Assembly (NCBI GenBank): GCA_002104905.1
Contig: MCFE01000154.1
Location: 88,365-152,364, forward strand
Reading direction: 5' to 3'
Origin: Basidiobolus meristosporus CBS 931.73
Taxonomy: Eukaryota > Fungi > Basidiobolomycota
Length of the DNA: 64,000 bases
The notes under the pieces were generated by a model. It was not told where the DNA came from and did not search any database. It was given only the letters and a program-made list of their open reading frames with translations. Positions 25,579-41,623 of the stretch are shown piece by piece. Numbering within the stretch: the first letter of the stretch is position 1; each line of letters starts with the position of its first letter. The position numbers and the translations under genes were made by a program.

Positions 25579-28500
25579 ATGGCCATGAATGCCGCATCAG
25601 CATACTCCCAGTTCAACCAGCATTCCCTCCACAGATCAAGCTCCCTTTCGCCCTCCCCCACACCCCTGGACAACCATGTCTCCAACGCCGGACGACCGCG
25701 TAACGAGCTGTGGGATCATTTCATCAAAGGAGAAAAGAGGCCCACCACCAACAAATACGACGCGCGATGTCGGTACTGCGTTGAGAAAGGGGAGATTGGC
25801 ACTATCCGGCCGGTGCGGGGGGAGAAAAAATTCATGGTCGCCCACCTGAAGAAGTGTATCAACGCACCGGAGGCGCTGCGCACGCGCTTTCGAGGGGATT
25901 CCCTTCGGGTGTCCGAGACGAGCCAGAAGAACGAAGACGAACTGGAAACCAAACAGGAGGCCGACGACCCGCTAACGAAGAAGCGTAAATTGGCCCCGGT
26001 TTCCGAGCCGGAGTGGCATCCCTCTAGCAGTACCTCCTCCCCCAACGGATTCCTCCCCAGCACCCCGGATGCCGGCAAAAAGCCAAAGGAGGACAAGTTT
26101 CAGTTGGACGAGGCGTTTGTTTCCAAATACCAGGATCGACTGCCTTCCTTTGGCTTCAACGGGCTGGGAGAAATCATCTATCGACGAACCTACAGCAGAC
26201 TTGCCAAAGACGGGACTCGTGAGCAATGGTGAGCTGAGAGCATTTTGCGAATCCCTCGGGCGGAGAGCTGACGTTTCTTTTCTATCCAGGTGGCAGACGG
26301 TCCGCAGAGTGGTCAATGGCACGTTCAGCATGCAGAAGCGATGGGTCGAGCAGTCGAACCTGGGCTGGGACCAAGAAAAAGTACTCGTTTTCTTCCCATT
26401 CTGCTTCCCTCAACCTCACTAACGGAGAAATTTGCATTCAGGCGCAACGGTCGGCACAAAAGATGTACGATCGCATCTTCAGCATGAAGTTTCTTCCCCC
26501 TGGTAGAGGTAACGCCCTTCACCCAAGCCACATCCAGGCAATCTACTAACGTGCGTTCTGTTTGGGGTGGCTCTAGGTCTCTGGGCGATGGGCTCGCCGC
26601 TGACAGAGGAACGGGGCATCTACACCGCCCTTAACAACTGCGGCTTCGTGAGCACGGAGTGTATGTGGGCACGAGGGTTTACCCCCAGTAAGCCGTTTGC
26701 ATTTTTGATGGACGCCTCGATGTTGGGGTAAGTGCGGAGCCGGACCTTGCCTCATCCTGCACTCAACTAAGCGAGTTTTCCTAGGGTCGGCGTCGGATTC
26801 GACACGAAAGGCGCAACAATCGCCCGCGAGCGGGGGATCCTCGTGACGGGGCCCAACCCTGCGCTCTCGCCCAACGTTTATGTGATCCCGGATTGCCGCG
26901 AAGGATGGGTCAAGTCGATTGAGCTGATGATTGACTGCTACTTCGACGCTAGCATGAGCATACAGGCAAGTCTGTCGTGCTTGAACGTCGCAGATCGATT
27001 GGCTTACATGCTGTTCACAGGAATTCAAGTATCATTGCATCCGCCCCGAAGGCGCTCCAATTAAAGGGTTTGGGGGACAATCATGTGGGCCCCAGCCTCT
27101 GATTGATCTTCACTGCCGCATCCGAGAGGTACTCAACAACAACATTGGGGCCCCGATAACAGTCACGACCATCGTGGACATCATGAATCTGATCGGCAAG
27201 TGTGTCGCAAGCGGAAATGTAGGAAGCCCAAGCCTCTGCGGTCGTCCAAGTCTCTTAACCGTTTGTGCATGTGTAGGTCAGACGCAGCGCGGAGATCGCC
27301 TTTGGAGACCCCTTTGATGACGAGTACATTGACCTGAAGAATTACGAGGTGAACCCTCATCGATGCGAATACGGGTGGACCAGCAACAACTCGGTACGTG
27401 TTTATTTGCCTTTCGCCCGGCGCCACGACGCTAACCAAGCGCTGCCGCTTCTCTAGGTGTTTGCCAACATTGGCATGGACTATCACAACATCTGCAAACG
27501 AGTGGTCACCAACGGAGAGCCAGGGTTTTCATGGCTGACCAATGCGCAGAACTACGGCCGAATGGGAGATCCAATGGTAATCCCTACTAAACCCGCCGTC
27601 TCCCTGCACTACCAAGACACTCACCTCTCCTCTCGATGCGTTAGGACAAACGAGACTACCGAGCTCAAGGCGGAAACCCGTGCCTCGAGCAGACACTTGA
27701 GTCCTTCGAGCTGTGCTGTCTGGTGGAAGTGTTTCCCAACAATCACACCACAATCAATGACTTCTTGGAAACGCTGGAGTCTGCATTCTTGTACGCGAAG
27801 ACCGTGACCCTGGGAACCACGCACTGGCCAGAAAGCAACAGGGTGATGATGAGAAATCGGAGAATCGGCACCGGGCTGAGCGGAATTGCCCAGTTCATAA
27901 GCAAACGAGGTACAGCTACAGCGCACATCCCCCGACGTGACTTTTATCTGACTAGCGACATTCTTTTAGGAATTGAGGAGCTGAGGGTGTGGTGTGACGA
28001 GGGATACAACCATATTCTAGATATCGACAAACGGTAAGTGTTGGCTCCGAGTGACTGGCAGCAGCGTGCTTTTGGTAACGCAGTTGGCGCTAGGTTGTGT
28101 GAGTGGCTATGCATCCCCCGATCTATCAAGATAACGACCGTGAAGCCCAGCGGCACGGTTTCGCTTTTAGCCGGAGGTAGGTGTTGCGATGTTGGCTTCT
28201 CTGGTCGAGAGATTAACACGACTGGTTGTTGTCTAGCCACCCCTGGACTACACTATCCGGAAAGTAGGTTTTGCATTCGCCGCGTGCGCTTATCGAGAAT
28301 ATCGGAGATGGTCGAACCCTTTCGAGAGGCCGGTTATAAAGTGGAGCCGGATGTTGGTAGGAACCGGATACGTGTATTTGATAGAAAGGCGGGGTTTTTT
28401 GACTAACACGATGGTTGCGTTACAGTCGATCCAAACACCTTGGTGGTCGAGATCCCGATCGACCATGGGGAAGGTATCAGATCACTGGTGGATGTGTCTA

Positions 28501-28958
28501 TGTGGGAGCAGTTGTCGCTGGCAGCTTTCATGCAGAGATACTGGTCAGATAACCAGGTGTCGTGCACCATCACATTCGATCCAGAGACCGAAGGGGATCA
28601 CCTCAGGTTCGCCCTCAATTATTTCCAGTATCAGTTGAAGGGGGTGTCGTTCTTGCCGCGGATACCTATAGGCGCGTACTCTCAAATGCCATACGAGGCC
28701 ATCTCAGAGCTCAAGTATCTTCAACTGACCGCGCGTATCACGAAGCCAGGCCCCAAAAGCCCGAGCATATCACATTTGCTGCTGAACCCACAGGGGCTGA
28801 CCGCGCCAGACCTTCGAAACGTCGAAGGGGACCCCACGGTCGACCCTGAGATCGAGAAGTTTTGTGACTGGGGACCTTACATGTTTGACAGCGCCTGCTC
28901 CAACCTCGGTCTACCAGAGGAGGCAAGCACATACCCCTCGAACATAATGAGATTCTAG
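25579..28958 (+). CDS. nrdJ: Class II (adenosylcobalamin-dependent) ribonucleotide reductase, monomeric RTPR type, with N-terminal BED zinc finger; 13 exons, 879 aa
   Basis: Manual splice model: 25579-26228, 26290-26380, 26442-26508, 26577-26727, 26785-26965, 27021-27218, 27277-27393, 27457-27576, 27645-27909, 27970-28033, 28094-28176, 28237-28356, 28426-28958 (2640 nt, in frame). Motifs YRRTYSR, FLPPGRGLWAMG, ALNNC, GNVRRSAEI, GNPCLEQ...ELCCLVE, TTVKPSGTVSLLAG, WSDNQVSCT. Confidence 0.95.
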
Positions 28959-29924
28959 TAGCAACTGGCCACTGCTCGCATCCACTCAGGAAGGTGGCAA
29001 GTGGGAGGCCCCGACCTCCATTCCATGCGACAGAGCGCAAGATCAATGACCAGCACGGATGCTTGCCCATTCTCATGCCATCTACTGTAGAATCCTCTCA
29101 TACCACCCCCCTCCCTCCCTCCCTCTGACCACCTATCCTGTACATTCCTGGTTTTGTTAGCATCTTCGATAGCTACGCGTTGTATTGATTAGACCCCATG
29201 TCCCTTCCCGCATCGTCCATCACCCAGCTTGACAATCATCTATCTCTACGAACATTCATATCACATAGTCTTCGGTTCTCCATCATTCTTTGCCCAGCGC
29301 AATGTCACCTGACCCCCTGCCAGCCCACCCACCATCTAAACAAAAATAACAGCCTGCATATATTTTCCCAGCCAAGAGATTATTGGTGGCTCTGATTTGT
29401 GGTTTCGAGGGCCATCGGCAGTGGTTGGTATGGCCCTATGTGCACTCGGCATGCCATAAGGCAGGAGCATTGTCGAATTGCAGGAGAGGATGCTGTATGG
29501 CAGCGAGGTGCGCTTCCAAGCATAAGGGCAGGGAGTTCTCTACGCCGCTGCCGGGAAGGGGCATTCGGACGGACAATGTGAATCAAGTTGAGCGGACCAG
29601 GCTCCACCAGGTCGAGAGGAGGCGTCCCAGAGCGCATGAACGAGTCGGTCGCTTGCTGTGGCTCTGGCGGGGTTCTGGCACCAAAGCTCTGCACCATGGA
29701 ATGGAGTCACCCGGTTAGGGGCATCCGAAGCATGAACCGTCGCAAACTTACGATGGAGCATGTTTCCCGGGAGAATTGGTTCTTAAATGATCTCTGGCGT
29801 GGAGACCAAAAATTCCCTACCTTTCGTAATCTTATCTGTCGCAAGCATTGTTTCAACCCTTCTTAACTCCCTTCCACTGCGTGGACCTCCCCCTTATCTC
29901 GTTGGACCACCGTCGCTAACAACC

Positions 29925-30679
29925 ATGGAGCTTCCACACATCGGCAAAAACTGCACCCTAACTGACTGCAACCAGCTAGGTAAGACCCTGGTTCCACGGC
30001 CTCATTCGATAGGGCTGGCGTGCTAAAGGCTCACTGTTGCCCGCAGACTTTTTACCCTACAAATGCCACCTGTGTCAGCACGATTTCTGGTAAACCTTTT
30101 CATACTGCTCTTGCCAGCTGGCCACTCCACTCCGTTGACCTTGAACCCTAGCAAGGACCACTGGAGACCTGACCAACACCGGTGCGAATTCAGCACCGTG
30201 GTGGGTGATGTGCGAGTTCCGGTATGCCCGCTGTGTGGGAAACCAGTGCCGGTGAACAAAGGAGAGAACCCCAACCAACGGGTATTGGAGAGTGGCCTTC
30301 CTTTAGCGTCACAACAGTCACACTAACGCGAAACTTCAGATGGACGAGCACATTCGTAAGGGATGCGCCGACCCTGGCACAACGACCGACCGTTCTCCAG
30401 CCTACCGGAACGTCTGCTCCTACCAAGCCTGCAAGGCGAAAGTGTTGGTCTCAACCAAGTGCCCCTCCTGTCGAAAACAGTACTGCTTGAAACACCGTTT
30501 CGAGGCTGACCACAAGTGTCCCAGGGAGACCGGAGCTGGAGGTAAACTGCTTATCGGCCTGCGAAACGTTTCTGTGTACTGATTGACCGAACGTAGGCCC
30601 CAACAAAACCTTCCAAATCCCGAAGATGTCGATACTTACCGGGTACAGTAGACCAGTGCCGCGTCACACAACTGCCTAG
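29925..30679 (+). CDS. AN1-type zinc finger protein (ZFAND2/AIRAP-like), spliced; 3' end uncertain
   Basis: MELPHIGKNC...C..LDFLPYKCHLCQHDFC..H...HRC, then VPVCPLCGKPVP, MDEHIRKGC and a second AN1 finger CSYQAC...CPSCRKQYCLKHRFEADHKC. Confidence 0.85.
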
Positions 30680-32077
30680 ACAGACCCGACTAACCGCACT
30701 TCCCACCCCCTAGGTCTATGCCTGCCCTCTCCAGCATCTACAAAGAGGTACGCAAAACCACCAACGCAACCACCCTGCTTGTACTCACCCAACCACCCAC
30801 CCCCCTCGCACTAGGACCAAAAGACCGGCAAGACCAAGAACACGAACTGCGCCATCAGCTAGAAGCCACCCGGCGCCTGCAACCCAATCCCACGTCCAAC
30901 CACTACCCTGTCGCCCACAATTACCTTAACCAATTTTGGCGAGTCAATAAAGCAACCAATTAGTTCCACTGGTATATTCTTTGATGCGAGTAGTGTGTGG
31001 CGGCCCGTACGAATGGTCATGAGGGGAGGGTGGGTGGGGAGCCGGATGCGAGAGGGTGGGTTACACTCGCGAATGACCGGTGACTGCATCACAAGCAGCA
31101 TCTTGATGGAAATGGGAATTCTTGGCACACCACCAGATATGGAATCGATCTGATGCGTTCTCATGTAAGAGATGCGTCTGGAGAAAGCAGAGTTCGATGG
31201 ATTCCTTCGCCACCATTGGCTGTTGGTGGAAGGGTGGTAAGGTGGTTGGATGCATCCATGAGTCCACTGGTTCCAGCCACCTCTGCTGAATCCACTTTTA
31301 TTAGCTGCAGCAAAGTCAACGGATTCACGAATGGGATGGCTTGTTGGTATATCACGGTCAAGTGGAGTCGAAGCAACACTCGATTAGGAGACGCACCTCC
31401 ACCCTCACGAAGATGAGGCTCGGGTGGGTGAAGGCGCATCATGAACACAACTGGCAAAGCCCAATGACCACCAGCTAGGTGGATTGGTTTTGATCGCAAT
31501 TCAAACAGTGATCCACAAGCATGTTGCGAGGTTCGGGGAGCTGGTGATTGCCAACTATTTGGGTAAACAACAGGTGGGCCACGCTTAATTGGTTTCAATG
31601 GGATGTCACTCCAGCAACTGGCAAGAGAGATGCTCCAATTGCTGTGCCCAGAATAACCGATGCATCGAGCTCAGTCTCGGGACTGATGGCCCCATATGAC
31701 CCAATGCTGATCTAGAAATTAATGAATATTTCCACTGCAGCAACTTGATAGACGTGCTTGAGCAGCACGATAGGACCCTAGACAATTAGGCCTTACAAAG
31801 AAGGCAACAGAGGCATATAATGCCCATCGACTACAATGATATTCACCAGCGAATTCCACCATAGTATGCGGAGCAAAATGGCATTCCCACAGATGGATCT
31901 CCTTACAATGGAGTTTCAGGAGATTCGTCACAAATAAATTGCGATTCCTATTTTTGGCGGATCCGTCCCGTCCATCCGAAAGTTCGAGTTCGTACGATGG
32001 CGGGGTACTATAAATGGCCTACACCGCCGCTCCATCCCAGCATCAATTCCGCCCTAACCTCATTAACCTTTCTAACC

Positions 32078-32637
32078 ATGAAGTGGATCGCCCAATACAC
32101 CCTCTTTGCCACCCTCAGCGCACTTGCTGCCTTTGGCCAAAGCACCACTTCAACCAGCTCTTCTGCTGCCGCCTGTAAGTACCTTCACTCCACCCAGCGC
32201 TCCATCTTGAGCCTTGCTAACATTTCCCTCTAGCCTCTACCCCACTGACCCCACTTGAATCCTGCATCATGCAGCAAAACTGTGCTCCAGCTGATGTTGC
32301 CTGTCGCGCCAAATGTGCACAAGTTCCTAACCCCAATGCTAGTATGGTCAACAGCACAATCAACTGTGTTGCTCAGTGCGACCAGAGCAATGCCGCAGCA
32401 TACGCACAGTGCAAGAACAACTGTATCAATACGTACTATGGTCCAAACCCATCTGGCTCAACCGGAAATGGAAGCACCGGATCCGGATCCGGCACCAACC
32501 CAACCAACGGCAGTGGCACCAGTGGAAGTGGTAACAACACCGCCAACGGAAACACCAAACCCAACTCTGCCTCTTATATGATGGCCTCTACCATGGCGCT
32601 TGTCGGCACCCTTGGTGCAGCTTTCTCGCTTCTGTGA
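32078..32637 (+). CDS. Small secreted, probably GPI-anchored Cys-rich / Ser-Gly-Asn-rich cell-surface protein
   Basis: Signal-like MKWIAQYTLFATLSALAAFG; one intron ~32175-32233; 8-Cys domain with VPNP; S/G/N/T stalk; hydrophobic C-terminus ASYMMASTMALVGTLGAAFSLL. Confidence 0.8.
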
Positions 32638-34355
32638 GCCAGCATATTGCGATGTTTCCGGATTATCCAGTCAACTCGTCTGCATTATCAGTGATGATTT
32701 CCCTTTTCCTGCCTTTTGAACCCATCTATCCGTGAGTCGCGGGCTCTGCATCTTGTTTCCTTCAATAAACCATGAAATTTGCTACCCAAGACCTAACTTG
32801 GTTTCTCCGCCGGGCCCATTTCGGGTTCCAGAAAGCAGGGATTCGTTGCGCAGCAAACAGCTGTCATGGCTTTGGCAGATGCTGATCGCTGGCCCCAACC
32901 CCCAAAGCGAATGAATTGATCCCACTCGGTGGAGGAGCAAAGTACATGCCGGGGAATCATGACCTCAACAGGTGCGATGCTTGCTCACCTTTTGGTTTCG
33001 ATACGGATTGTCAGATCCAATACGAGCGCGTTAACAGGCGGACAAATAATGTTGGATGACGTCATACTTCCTAAGTAGGCTTGATGAGTTACTTGAGGAA
33101 TGACCTGGGTTGGGACATGATAGTTCTTACTTGGGCTGGGGCCTACGAAACTGGTAATCACATATAGAAAGGCTGATTTGGTAAGGTGAACTTTGGGAGG
33201 ATGCCCGGGTATTCCAGAATATAGCGAACCGATTACGGTCGCGTGCAGGGTTGGGTTTCGTTGGCCGGGAGATCCCACACATTCTCCCTGATAACTGCAC
33301 CAGATTTACCCTGAATGGTAGCCTGGCCAGTCCTATGGCGACCAGTACGGACCACTTTTTCTGTGCAACACACGAGTGATAGAGTAACATTAATTAACCG
33401 TTGCATTCGTGGAAACCCAACAGGTTCGGAGCAGGCCCGCAGATGTGTACCTTTTCATACTGGCTTAGCTAGATGCAGGAGAAACCAGAGTGAGACAGAA
33501 TGGCTGGGCATCGGACAAGTCAAGCGGGATAAGGCTTAAGAGTGTCCAGGAATAGGCTCTTCTATGTGGCACTATTTGCTAGCCTGATGAGCTGAACAAG
33601 TCCTGGCTGTAGGCAACACTTCCGTGGCAAGTCCCAGGCTTCACCGTTAAGAGATCGTTCAAGCAGCGCGCCAAGTAATGATTGCGAATGGGGTTTGGCC
33701 CAATCCTCGGACAACCGACTTATCTTACTCATCGGCTAGGGCGGTTGCTTCCAACCTTTAGGTTCTGAAAGTCATCAGTCTGCGGAGCGTGTCGAGTGAC
33801 CATTGGAAGATCCGATCCACATACGATTCAACACAAATCGATGATTTCTGGAAATCCTCCGCTAAGATGATCTTCCATCCCGCTTGGCCGTTCCAGCAGT
33901 CATAGAAGGTTTGAGGATTAAGCGATCTTCATTGGGACCCTGGAACGGAATGTGGGCCAATGAACGGGCGCCATGCTCCCACAACCCTTCTGGCTTGGAC
34001 TTCAGCTAAACACATTAAAAATAGGCTTCTATCGGATCTGGAAGATGGAATGTGGAATTCACAATAGGGAATATAGAATTCGAATAGTTGGCTTTATTTG
34101 TCATCCCAGGTCACCTGATCCGGCGGATTTGACTACTCCAATGTGCCTGCGGTTTTATATTCTGTGATGGTATTGGTTTTGTTGCTTTAGATGAAACTTG
34201 GATCTCCCATTTGTCCTTTATTCATACCTACTACCTCCGAAGACCACCGCAAGTGCAATTTCCTTCCCGAAAGTCCAACCCCTATACACAACCCAAGCCC
34301 CGATAACTATCTACTCTACCCAGAACCCTTTACTGTTGCCAACACGCCTGCCAAC

Positions 34356-37446
<3,091 letters not shown>

Positions 37447-38025
37447 CCGCATTCCCCCTCCCCGCCCTAAGCAAGTGGGCCTTGAGTCTACTCCGCCACA
37501 TCATCCCCCCTTCCCTGTCCAAGCGTCGTGACACGGATCCGTTGCTATTGTAATTGTACCCAATCCCTCTAATCACCTACTCCCCACAGCATGCAATCGA
37601 CACAGTGCACCGTCGATCCGGTTCTTTCGTAAATAACTGCCACGTAGAGAATCCCTCACACCACTCACCATCAACAATAAAGAGACTGTAATCCCCAATG
37701 GAACACGTGGAGGCTAATCGTCGTCACCTGGCTTTAGCTCAGGCGCAGCACACACTCTGACTGGGATACCTTTAAACGCATAGGGCTCAGCTCGACCACA
37801 CGTGAAGGATCACTGGATACTTCAGACACTTTAGTGATATGATATACATTGATACTGAGGCAACCCTCTCGGATCGAGTCGAATCGAATCCGGACGCAAC
37901 TTGCGAAGAGGGGAGGAATTAGTGCAGGGCTAGTTTACAGGTACCACGAGGGCTAGGTGGGCGTATGAACAACGGGAGGGCAGCATTGAAATACAGGTCG
38001 AGCGGTGGGTGATGGGCAAGTAGGC

Positions 38026-40724
38026 TCAGATGACGGGGGAGGCGGTGGGAGCATTTATGTACGGCGTCTCTACCAGGGAGGTGACGCTGATCAGGGAATG
38101 GGCGGAGATGCTATTCAGCAGGTTGCTAATCTCCGTCTTGGACCCCTTGGACCTTTTCATCGTGGTGTAGGAGCCGGTAAACAGCTCCGAGGAATCGCTG
38201 TCGTCCTCGCAGACAGAGAGACTGCTCGTCACCTTCAACGCATCCCTGAACTGTTCGACTTGCGGGGATCTACGCTGACTCGCGGGTTTCATGTCGCAAG
38301 TTTTGACCGTCGGCACGGAGAGCTTCGACAGTTCGATCTTCGGCTCGGGCTTGGCCACTGGCGAGTCCGAGTAGATCAGTTCGAGGGTGTCTGTGGAGGT
38401 TGGCTTGTATGTGATCGTTAGCCGTTCACTGAGGTCCGGGAAGTGCGTTTGAAGCTGGCTCTCTTGCATGAGGATTTGCCGCACCTGCTCACGTGACACA
38501 TGGCGGTGAGGGGATTGTCGGGTGGTGGATTGGCTCGAGTTGCTTATCCAATGCCCGGCGGATTTTCTGGCGTGAATGGCCTGATTCGCGTACTTGGACA
38601 GCTTATCCAACTTGAGAACATTTCCAGCATGAAGCAAGTAGTCGGATAGAAGCTGGTCTGCAATGGCTTGGTCCACCGCAGATTCCCGCAGGTAGAATAG
38701 TACAGGCACAGCTCGTACCAACTCGTCGTTGGTTTCTCTATCGATTAACCTCTTGAATATGGCGAAGATGTTACTGTAGTCCAGCGCAGTAAGCTCCTTT
38801 CGTTCGCCGTATGCCAGTAGCTCCCGGTGCAGAGTGGATCTAAACTCGAGGCTGGCCTCTAGATTAGACTGTACGGAGACCGTGCTCATGGCGCCGTGGA
38901 CCGGCCTTAGTACGGCTGCAAGGAACTGGGTGTACTCGTTCCGAACGGTGGAACTGTCGTTGGTGAGCAGCGGCAGGGTAGGGGTGATGATGGCAAGAGG
39001 AACCTCGCTTCTTGAGTCATGGGTCTTCTCCACCAGAGAATTCATGCATCTGAGCAAGTCGAGCTCAAATGGCAATATCGAATTCGCAGTCTTGCTTTGC
39101 ACCGAGTGGAACTTGTTGATGATGAACGCTAGGATATCGTTGATCTGTTCCAGATAATACAGATGGCTGCCTAGACTGCCTGTTGGGGGAGGAGTCATTC
39201 AGTGAATTCCATATCAGAATGCATTCTGCAAGATAGTTACTTATGGCTGATGTTAGTCCACGTTTCAGTTCCACCTCTAGAGAGGAGAATTCGACAGACA
39301 CCACGGTCTCTCTGTTGTTGCGGTAGATTCCTATAAGACGTCCAACCAACACGCTCAGGTATTCCAAGATAGAGATGCCGGCACTCGGGGAAGAGCTCAA
39401 TCCATTCTCAATGACATTCACCAGGGTGATTTGCTTGCGGTCGGCTCTGCCTATTGGGCAGTCATTCAGTAACCGCAATACCTCGTTTATAACGATATGC
39501 TGATGGGAATGCTATAGAGAGGCGGGAGGTTAGGCCGGCTCGATCCAATCGTATTCGGGGGGGGGGGAGCTCTTACCGTCACAGCGGACATCATGAACAA
39601 TATTAGGTCCACAGAATACTGTGGGCTGTCGAGCAGATGGAATTTCTCAATGTAGCTGTGGAGTTTGTTAGTTCAGAACCACCTGCCGACAGTTTCATGG
39701 GTGATTACCTGAAAGCTGCGTCGACCACCAGGAATATGTTTAGCGGTGCACTGCTATCCAACAGCTGTTGCAGGCATCGAAGGGCAATCACGTTGATCTC
39801 GCTCTGCTCGGGATACTTCTCGGTGGATTCAGGGCTTTTGAATACCTCCCAATCGATCGCCGGCTCCTGGCTGCTGAATCTCATGAGCCTCTAGAATCGT
39901 GTGACCGCTACGCATTGTTGGGGCTTACCTTGCTGGTGGTGTTACCGGGAGTTGGATGTTGGCCAGGATCCCGTAGGTCAATTTGGTGTAATATGCTTTG
40001 GCATGGCTGGTCTTCATCAGCGCAGATGCTATAATGGAATGGATTCCGTAGAGCCCTAACATCCGGCGACTAGGCCGCGGTTAGTCATCACATGGCCACA
40101 AAAAACTCGACTCGTACGGAACATACTCTTGGATCTCATTTAGTTTCTCGTCATTGGTGGAGCAGGCCATCTCGCAGAATTTGGTTACTAAGCAGTCCAT
40201 GTGGATGGTCAAATCCTCATCCACACCAATAGTGGTGGCGTCAAAATGGAGGCAAAAATCGTGGAACTGGTAGGACAAGAGTCAGATGGTGAAGGTGGCT
40301 GCAGATAGCGTCTGTACATACCATCGTTCCAGCGTACCAGCGGGTTTCCTGCGCGGATAGACACTTCTCGGCGACTCTTACTGCGTTCTTCGCGAACAGG
40401 TTCAGATTCAGTTTGCAATCCTTCGATAGCTGTTGGAAGACCTTCAATGCTACCACAACGTCGCTACTCACGGCAAGAACATCAGTTGGGCATAGGGAGC
40501 AACGGCCCAGTGGTGGGGCGAACATACCTCCATCGTCGCTTTGAGTAATCTCTGAGCAGGGACTTTTCTAAATAAGCCGACACCTTCAGCAGTTTGACAG
40601 GCCTCGACGAGGCATAGTAGGACAAATAGGCGAGCTCGCTCTGCCTAGGGCCTTCGTCGTTGCCCACTGGGTAACAATTGTTGACTAGCCTAACATGGTT
40701 CTTGCTTGGAATACAAGTGCACAT
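38026..40724 (-). CDS. EFR3: EFR3-family plasma-membrane PI4-kinase scaffold, spliced
   Basis: N-terminus HVRLVNNCYP...ELAYLSYYASSRPVKLLKVSAYLEK is characteristic of EFR3; last exon ORF 38026-39198. Internal exons not fully resolved. Confidence 0.85.
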
Positions 40725-41623
40725 GATGCTTGGGGGACTCTGCGTGGAGCAGCACTCTAGGGAACACAGATACGAAGGGGTAAATCAATAGACAAGACTC
40801 AAAAGCCGGCTTTGCTCCAGGGGTCCAGAGAAATGGTTGGCAAGATAGATGGCTAAGCGGGGAAACCCAAACAAGCAACCCCAGATAAATATAGCGTCGT
40901 GTCGCTGGCAAGGGAACAATGCCGGATTCCGAGATGCCATTTGGAGGGCTAAATAGCCCCTCTTCTTGCTACGGGGAAATCGAACATGGCCGCATTCTTT
41001 TAGTTTGTAATACATATTCATCTACAGCGACCAATCAATCTGAAACCAATCTAAAATGGAGATCAAGCCAAAAGATTTGTTTTCTGTCTCAGCGACAATG
41101 TAGTAGCTTGGTTATCCATACGAGGCCTCAGCAGCACCTGAAACGAATGCGTGATTATTAGGCCAGCTGGATGCCACGGAATGCCGCCAATCGATACTGC
41201 CGCGAAGATCCCCTATATTTCGAGTGCTCTGGAGCCAATCGATTCCCTTTATCTCGAGCGCTATGGAGTCGATGTTTGCCCTGCTGCGAATTGCGGATGG
41301 CTGCAAATGTTTTACCCATTGCCGGTTATGGATCTTCTGTGGCAGCTCAGCCCAGGGACTCCGCCAGGATCTGCTCGCCCGCCATCCGCCATAGCCAGGC
41401 TACTTGGCACCGCCCATCCCGGCGAGCCTACCCCAGACACACCCTACTTCGCTGGTCCCTCCGATGCCTGCACGCGGCAATGTAACTGCAGATACTTGCT
41501 CACTGACGGTGTAGAAGGGAAAGGTTTATTTGTTTGCAGGTGGGATGGATGATTGGGGAGATGCTTGTTCGCATGGGCCCGGCTGCTCTCCATGTTCTCT
41601 CTGGAGACCGCGTTTCTGCCGAG

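Noticed and set aside
29190-31950. Short ORFs at 29383-29866, 30718-30963 and 31161-31598
   Set aside because: Overlapping short frames without motifs; indistinguishable from GC-rich intergenic or UTR sequence.
39557-39567. G11 run as a G-quadruplex or telomere relic
   Set aside because: A single homopolymer in a probable EFR3 intron with no TTAGGG context.
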